A stretch of DNA of 64,000 nucleotides, taken from contig CAVOYO010000003.1 in the NCBI GenBank assembly GCA_963700695.1, forward strand, positions 61,180 to 125,179, in the 5' to 3' direction. The DNA comes from an uncultured Acidobacteriota bacterium. Lineage in GTDB: Bacteria > Acidobacteriota > Vicinamibacteria > Fen-336. Below are positions 59,670-64,000 of the stretch, in pieces (position 1 is the stretch's first letter; each line of letters opens with the position of its first letter). The position numbers and the translations under genes were made by a program. The notes under the pieces are model-generated. The model searched no databases and was not told the DNA's origin. It saw only the letters and a list, made by a program, of their open reading frames with translations.

Positions 59670-61445
59670 TCAGCGGGGCGGTCCGGCCGCCGAGCCGTCA
59701 CGCCGGGGGTCGGCAACCCCGGTCAGTTCGCCGTCGTTCCGCATCACGAGCTGGACGCACCCCAGATAGAAGGAGTAGGGGTCGCGCCGCTGAATCTCGA
59801 ATCCGGCGGCCTGAAGGGCTTCGGGGATATCGTCCCGCATGCGTGAGGCCTCGAGGGAGACGAGGCCGTCGAGCGAGCAGAAGAGCCGCGGCGCGTCTAC
59901 CGCCGCGAGCGGCGTGTGAGTCTGGAGCCGCAGCAGCACCTGGAGGATCGACGGGGTGATCCGCCCGCTGCCGGGCGAACCGATGACCAGCCAGGGGCGC
60001 TGGCCGCGGAAGACGATGGTCGGAGCGACGCTGGCCCAGGGGGCGGCGTTTGGCCGCAGGTAGTAGGGGTGAGCGATGTCCTCGGTTTCGAACGCGCTCA
60101 TGTAGTTGTTGTAGAGGAAGCCGAGGCCAGGGGTGGCGACCGCCGCCCCGTAGACACGCTCGATCGACTGCGTGAGCCCAACCGCGTTGCCCTCGCCATC
60201 CATGACGGAGAGGTGCGTGGTCTCGCCGCTCCCGGCCGCCCTCCGAACCACGCGGCGGGCAATCCTCTGCGCGTGCTCGGTGCTGATCATACGTTTCTCG
60301 CTGACCTGGGCGTAGAAGTGCGGATCGAACGGCCGGTCCCGGCGGTCGCGGAAGGCCCGGCGGATCGTCTCCGCCAGGGCAACTGCGCCCCTCGGTGAGT
60401 CGAGGTCGCGCAGTTCCGGCGGGATCTGCTGGTAGACATTGAGCATCTGGACCAGCGTCCTCCCGGCGCCCGGCGGGGGGAAGGTGAAGACCCGCAGGCC
60501 CTCGTAGCGGGTCGCGAGTGGCCGACGCTCGATGGGCCACGGGATCTGGGCCAGATCGTCCCTCCGGATCAGCCCGTCGTTGGCCGTCATGTCGGCGTGG
60601 ATCTGTGCCGCGATCTCGCCCGTGTAAAAGTCCTCGATCCCGTGCTCGGCCAGCCGGGCGAGGGTCTCGGCGAGCACCGGTTGGCGTTGGCGGGCGCCGG
60701 CGACGTATGGCGCCTCCCCTCCGCGCAGGAAGAACGGCGCCGCGCTCCCGTCGGCGAGCTTGCTCAGCTCTCGGCGGGTCAGGGCCTGCTGGAGCGCGCT
60801 CACCCGATAGCCCTTTCGCGCAAGTCGGATGGCCGGCTCGAGAACCCGGGCGAGCGAGAGCCTCCCGTGGGTCCTGAGTGCCCAGGCGAGCGTGGCCGGC
60901 GTGCTGGGCACGGTGGTGGCGCGGTATCCCCGGAGTCGGCTTGCCCTGCCGAGGGCAGCAGCATCCGTGCGGTTGGGGGCACGCGATGAGCCATCGAGGG
61001 CGAAGGTTCGTCGCGGCGCGGCGAGGTAGACGAGCATCGTGGTCTGGCCGCCGAGACCGGAGGCCGCCGGCTCACAGACGCCGAGTGCGAAGGCGGCCGC
61101 GACGGCGGCGTCGACGGCGTTGCCCCCGTCCGCGAGCATCTCGGCTCCGGCCTCGCTGGCCCGGTGGTGGGCGGTGGCGATCATGCCGCGTCGAGACACC
61201 GCCACGCGCTGGGCGTGGACGATGCGTCGATCGCCGAGCTCGAGGAGATCGGTGTCGACGCGGTCCGGTGTCTGCGCCGCGGTGGTGGCCGTGGTTGGCG
61301 CTCCGTCGTTCTTCGTCGCCGGAGGCGAGGTGTCGGACGCCGCCGTGGCGGTCACCTTCTTCTTGGTGGTCATGTGGTGGCCTGCGAGGCGCAGCATGCC
61401 ACGTCTCGAGGGCTCCCGCCAACGCTCACGGTACCGTCTCCCCAT
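59670..61445 (-). CDS. ggt: gamma-glutamyltranspeptidase family protein (start codon uncertain: 61445, 61397 or 61373)
   Basis: Intact; MIATAHHRASEAGAEMLADGGNAVDAAVAAAFALGVCEPAASGLGGQ, autoprocessing/nucleophile region GSGETTHLSVMDGEGNAVGLTQSI, GLGFLYNN, IGSPGSGRI, ADPRRDG. The N-terminus is T/A/P-rich with no hydrophobic signal segment. Confidence 0.88.
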   Translation of the reverse strand: MGRRYRERWREPSRRGMLRLAGHHMTTKKKVTATAASDTSPPATKNDGAPTTATTAAQTPDRVDTDLLELGDRRIVHAQRVAVSRRGMIATAHHRASEAGAEMLADGGNAVDAAVAAAFALGVCEPAASGLGGQTTMLVYLAAPRRTFALDGSSRAPNRTDAAALGRASRLRGYRATTVPSTPATLAWALRTHGRLSLARVLEPAIRLARKGYRVSALQQALTRRELSKLADGSAAPFFLRGGEAPYVAGARQRQPVLAETLARLAEHGIEDFYTGEIAAQIHADMTANDGLIRRDDLAQIPWPIERRPLATRYEGLRVFTFPPPGAGRTLVQMLNVYQQIPPELRDLDSPRGAVALAETIRRAFRDRRDRPFDPHFYAQVSEKRMISTEHAQRIARRVVRRAAGSGETTHLSVMDGEGNAVGLTQSIERVYGAAVATPGLGFLYNNYMSAFETEDIAHPYYLRPNAAPWASVAPTIVFRGQRPWLVIGSPGSGRITPSILQVLLRLQTHTPLAAVDAPRLFCSLDGLVSLEASRMRDDIPEALQAAGFEIQRRDPYSFYLGCVQLVMRNDGELTGVADPRRDGSAAGPPR

Positions 61446-62202
61446 CCGCGTTGCACGCTAGGCCCGCGAGGGCCGCGGCAAATCGCCCGCGCAGCTCCAC
61501 GAGCCGCCGCTCGTCGATCGTGCAACGATCCGCGTCGAACCACGGCTCGGAAAGATAGAGCGACCGGTTCATCTCGATCTGGATCCAGGGCAGCGGGTGG
61601 CGCCCGTAACGGCGGGTGATGTAGCCACCCTTGAAGGGGCGGTTGAGCGCGACCTGCTGTGGAGCGCAGTCGAAGGAGCGCGCCAGCCGCTCGGCGAGGC
61701 GCTCGAGCAGAGCGTCGTCACAGGTGCGTCCTTCGCCGTTGCTCAGGCAGAACAGTGGGCGCGGCGTGTCGGCATCGGGGGCCACCGGCGGGGGGAGGGC
61801 GGCCATCGAGTGGCAGTCGAGCCCCAGTCGCAGCCCCGCGCCGCGCCCCGCCTCCGACAGCGCCGCGTGGTACGGACGGTAGTATCTCGCCAGGAGTGTC
61901 TCGGTGAGCGCGTCGTCCAGCGGCGTGTCATAGACGGGACGACCAAAGCAGGTGGCGGTCTTCACGACGCCGTCGGTGTTGGCGGGGGGACGATCATCCT
62001 CCGCACGGTTCAGGTCGACGAAGGCGCGGGCGACGTGGGCGACCTGGACGTGGGCGACCCGGTCTCCTAAGTCGTAGATGCCGGGGGTGAAGGCGTCGCC
62101 ATCCTCGAAGATCTCCGCCGCGGTCGCGCGGACGCGCCCCGCGACCTCCGGCGGCGTCTCCGTCCCCCCGTGAGGGATCGAGATCACTATCGGAAGGCTC
62201 AT
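61426..62202 (-). CDS. N-formylglutamate amidohydrolase (FGase, PF05013-like) family protein
   Basis: MSLPIVISIPHGGTETPPEV..., AFVDLNRAEDD, RYYRPYH, LGLDCHSM, PFKGGYITRRYG; about 258 aa; ATGA overlap with the upstream gene's stop. Confidence 0.78.
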   Translation of the reverse strand: MSLPIVISIPHGGTETPPEVAGRVRATAAEIFEDGDAFTPGIYDLGDRVAHVQVAHVARAFVDLNRAEDDRPPANTDGVVKTATCFGRPVYDTPLDDALTETLLARYYRPYHAALSEAGRGAGLRLGLDCHSMAALPPPVAPDADTPRPLFCLSNGEGRTCDDALLERLAERLARSFDCAPQQVALNRPFKGGYITRRYGRHPLPWIQIEMNRSLYLSEPWFDADRCTIDERRLVELRGRFAAALAGLACNADGETVP

Positions 62203-64000
62203 TGGCCAGGCAGTCCTGCCGGCGGCGCGCTCGAGATCCGAACGAGGTACTGTGCGAGCAGCAGCGTGTGTTGGAGGAGGCTGGTTCGGTGCACCGCCTC
62301 GTGCGGGGTGTGCAGGTCGCGCGCCAGGGGGGCCAGGCCGCACACGACCCCCGCCTCCTCCGGGACGAGTCCCGCGACCGAAGGGGAGGCTGAGCTCTCC
62401 TGAATCAGCGGGATCTCCCAGGCCTCGGCCACATCCGCCAGCTCCTGCGCCAGCTGGGCGTTGCGCCTGCGCTCGAGCATCGGTGGCCGGTCGGAGACCA
62501 GGTGGAGCTGCCAGGGCGGTCCGCCCTTGCCCAGGAGGCCGCGGATCTTCGCCTCCGTCTCGTCCGCGGTGTGGGACTCCGGGTAGCTGACGAGGACGCG
62601 CGCCCTGACCCGGTGGGGCAGCAGATCGGGAAAGCGCGTCGTCTCGAAGCTGACCGTGAACACCTCCAGGCGGTCCTTGCGCGACGCCAGCTCCGCCATC
62701 GCCTCGACCCTGTTGCAGGCCCACCGCAAGACATCCGTCCTCTTCGCGGCCTGGCCGAGACCGGCGGGCTTGCCCTCGACCACGAGCTGGTAGGTGCGGA
62801 GGCCCCGGCGGCGGGTGATGATCTTCCCGCTCGGCGAGCCCGGCTGGAGCACGAGGACCCTCTTGACGCGGGAGGCGGCCCGAACGATGAGGTCGCGGCT
62901 GAAACGGCACGCCCGAGCCTCGTCGGCGTAGACGAGCACTCCGATCCGCTGGTGGTGGAGCCGCTTCTGATGGCGCAACGACCGCAGCGCGAACTCCAGC
63001 ATCGCCAGCGGCGCGCGGGAGGCGCCGATGGCCTCGCCGTACAGCCACTCCGGGTCTCGCCGGAACGCCTGGAAGGGGACCTCGTCGCCGAGCAGCATGT
63101 CGAGGTGGGCGATCAAGAGGGTGCCACCCTCCATCCCCTTGGCGGTCTCCCAGGTCGAGACGATGTGCTCGTCCGACAGGTCCTTGACGGGCTGGAGGCC
63201 CATCTCGCGGTAGCGGTCGGCCAGGTTGCGCTCCAGCGCCCGGATGCCGATCGTGTCGTCGGTGCGGCTGGAGAGCGAGACCAGGTCCGAGACACGACGC
63301 TCGATCTGGTCGCGGCGGGATGTCAGGAACTGGAACGCGGTCTGCGCCGGAGAGGCGTCCCTGCCGCTGATCGGAGCGGGCGAGGGCGTCCCGAAGTAGC
63401 GGGCGCTCGCGACCTCCACGAGACGGTTGACCAGGGCCGGGAAGTCGAGGCCGGCTTGCTGCGCCCCGATGACGAAGGAGCCGCGGTAGCCGAGGCTGGG
63501 CAGGCTGTTGAGCTCCAGCAGATAGAGGTTGCCCTCGGGGTCGAGCCGCACGTCGACGCGCGCGCAGTCATAGCATCCGAGCGCGGTGAAGGCTCGGCGT
63601 GCGAGGTCCTGGGCCCGGGCGGTGGTCGCCTCGTCGAGGTCCGCCGGGCACAGGTAGCCGACCGTCCGTCCCGAGCGCCCTCCCTTGTCGTCGTTGGAGT
63701 AGATGTTCGGGCCCCCGGAGAAGTCCAGCTCCACGGGTGGAAAGGCCTCGGGCGGATTGCCCAGGACGCCGACGTTGATCTCGCGCCCGTCGATGAAGCG
63801 CTCCACGAGGACCGGCTCCTCGAACTCCTTGAAGATGACGTCGGTCGCCGCTCTCAGCTCCTCCTCGTCCCGAACGACCTTCAGCCCGAAGGAGTCCGCC
63901 CCGCTCTTGGGCTTGACGATCAGCGGGAAGGGCAGGTCGGGGGTCTCGAAGCCAGGCGCGTGCACGACCGTGAAGTCGGGGGTCGGCAGGCCCGCCTGCT
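62199..64000 (-). CDS. ATP-grasp (Ddl-like) / M20-peptidase-like fusion protein, paralog 2 (N-terminus beyond window edge)
   Basis: Homology to paralog 1 continues to the window edge (QAGLPTPDFTVMHAPGF...). LIVKPKSGADSFGLKVV, LVERFIDGREINVGVLGNPPEAFPPVEL, LYLLELNSLPSL, NRLVEVASARYFGTP, LLIAHLDM, WLYGEAIGASRAPL, VLVYADEA, CGLAPLARDLHTPHEAVHRTSLLQHTLLLAQYL. Confidence 0.78.
   Translation of the reverse strand, partial: QAGLPTPDFTVVHAPGFETPDLPFPLIVKPKSGADSFGLKVVRDEEELRAATDVIFKEFEEPVLVERFIDGREINVGVLGNPPEAFPPVELDFSGGPNIYSNDDKGGRSGRTVGYLCPADLDEATTARAQDLARRAFTALGCYDCARVDVRLDPEGNLYLLELNSLPSLGYRGSFVIGAQQAGLDFPALVNRLVEVASARYFGTPSPAPISGRDASPAQTAFQFLTSRRDQIERRVSDLVSLSSRTDDTIGIRALERNLADRYREMGLQPVKDLSDEHIVSTWETAKGMEGGTLLIAHLDMLLGDEVPFQAFRRDPEWLYGEAIGASRAPLAMLEFALRSLRHQKRLHHQRIGVLVYADEARACRFSRDLIVRAASRVKRVLVLQPGSPSGKIITRRRGLRTYQLVVEGKPAGLGQAAKRTDVLRWACNRVEAMAELASRKDRLEVFTVSFETTRFPDLLPHRVRARVLVSYPESHTADETEAKIRGLLGKGGPPWQLHLVSDRPPMLERRRNAQLAQELADVAEAWEIPLIQESSASPSVAGLVPEEAGVVCGLAPLARDLHTPHEAVHRTSLLQHTLLLAQYLVRISSAPPAGLPGQ

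Noticed and set aside
61426-62202. Calling the FGase-family gene hutG
   Set aside because: It is 56 kb from hutUH and is translationally coupled to an ATP-grasp fusion and a GGT instead. Family membership alone does not establish N-formylglutamate as its substrate, so the gene symbol is left blank.

Overview
This is a very GC-rich (about 70% by eye, not computed) bacterial chromosomal segment. It is densely packed with housekeeping and central-metabolism genes. I saw no rRNA, CRISPR array, transposase, integrase or phage genes.

Gene content, left to right:
- glgA 3' end, a truncated GltB-like remnant, trxA, and hutU/hutH.
- purA and tRNA-Lys.
- A delta/alpha-beta-gamma 2-oxoacid:ferredoxin oxidoreductase operon, an Ald-family dehydrogenase, and a 4-hydroxybutyrate-type CoA-transferase.
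- A tetR-OMF-MFP-RND efflux operon.
- An NfnAB/SudAB-like oxidoreductase pair.
- An ABC exporter, dus, cystathionine beta-synthase, glpK, and tRNA-Glu.
- An SDR, cbpA, a CsgG-family protein, and pgsA.
- A roughly 10 kb polysaccharide locus: UXS, a priming transferase, five glycosyltransferases in one overlapping operon, ugd, a GT2 and msbA.
- yicC-gmk-rpoZ-coaBC-udg, priA, an M50 protease, HU, der, and ihfA-merR-tRNA-Pro-surE-tRNA-Pro.

Most interesting observations:
1. The right-hand end (57.5-64 kb) holds two paralogous ATP-grasp (Ddl-type)/M20-like fusion proteins. They flank a signal-peptide-less GGT homolog and an FGase-family amidohydrolase. I could not map this combination to a characterised pathway.
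2. A modular, multi-hairpin intergenic repeat family occurs at five loci. It includes a GNRA-tetraloop hairpin and compensatory stem changes.
3. Reading-frame breaks are strikingly patchy. Some genes carry many, including the essential purA and der, while a stretch of about 17 kb has only one. The breaks I could resolve are single-base insertions in short G/C runs, so I read them as assembly or sequencing errors rather than true pseudogenes.

All calls rest on reading the translations and the DNA by eye. No searches were run.
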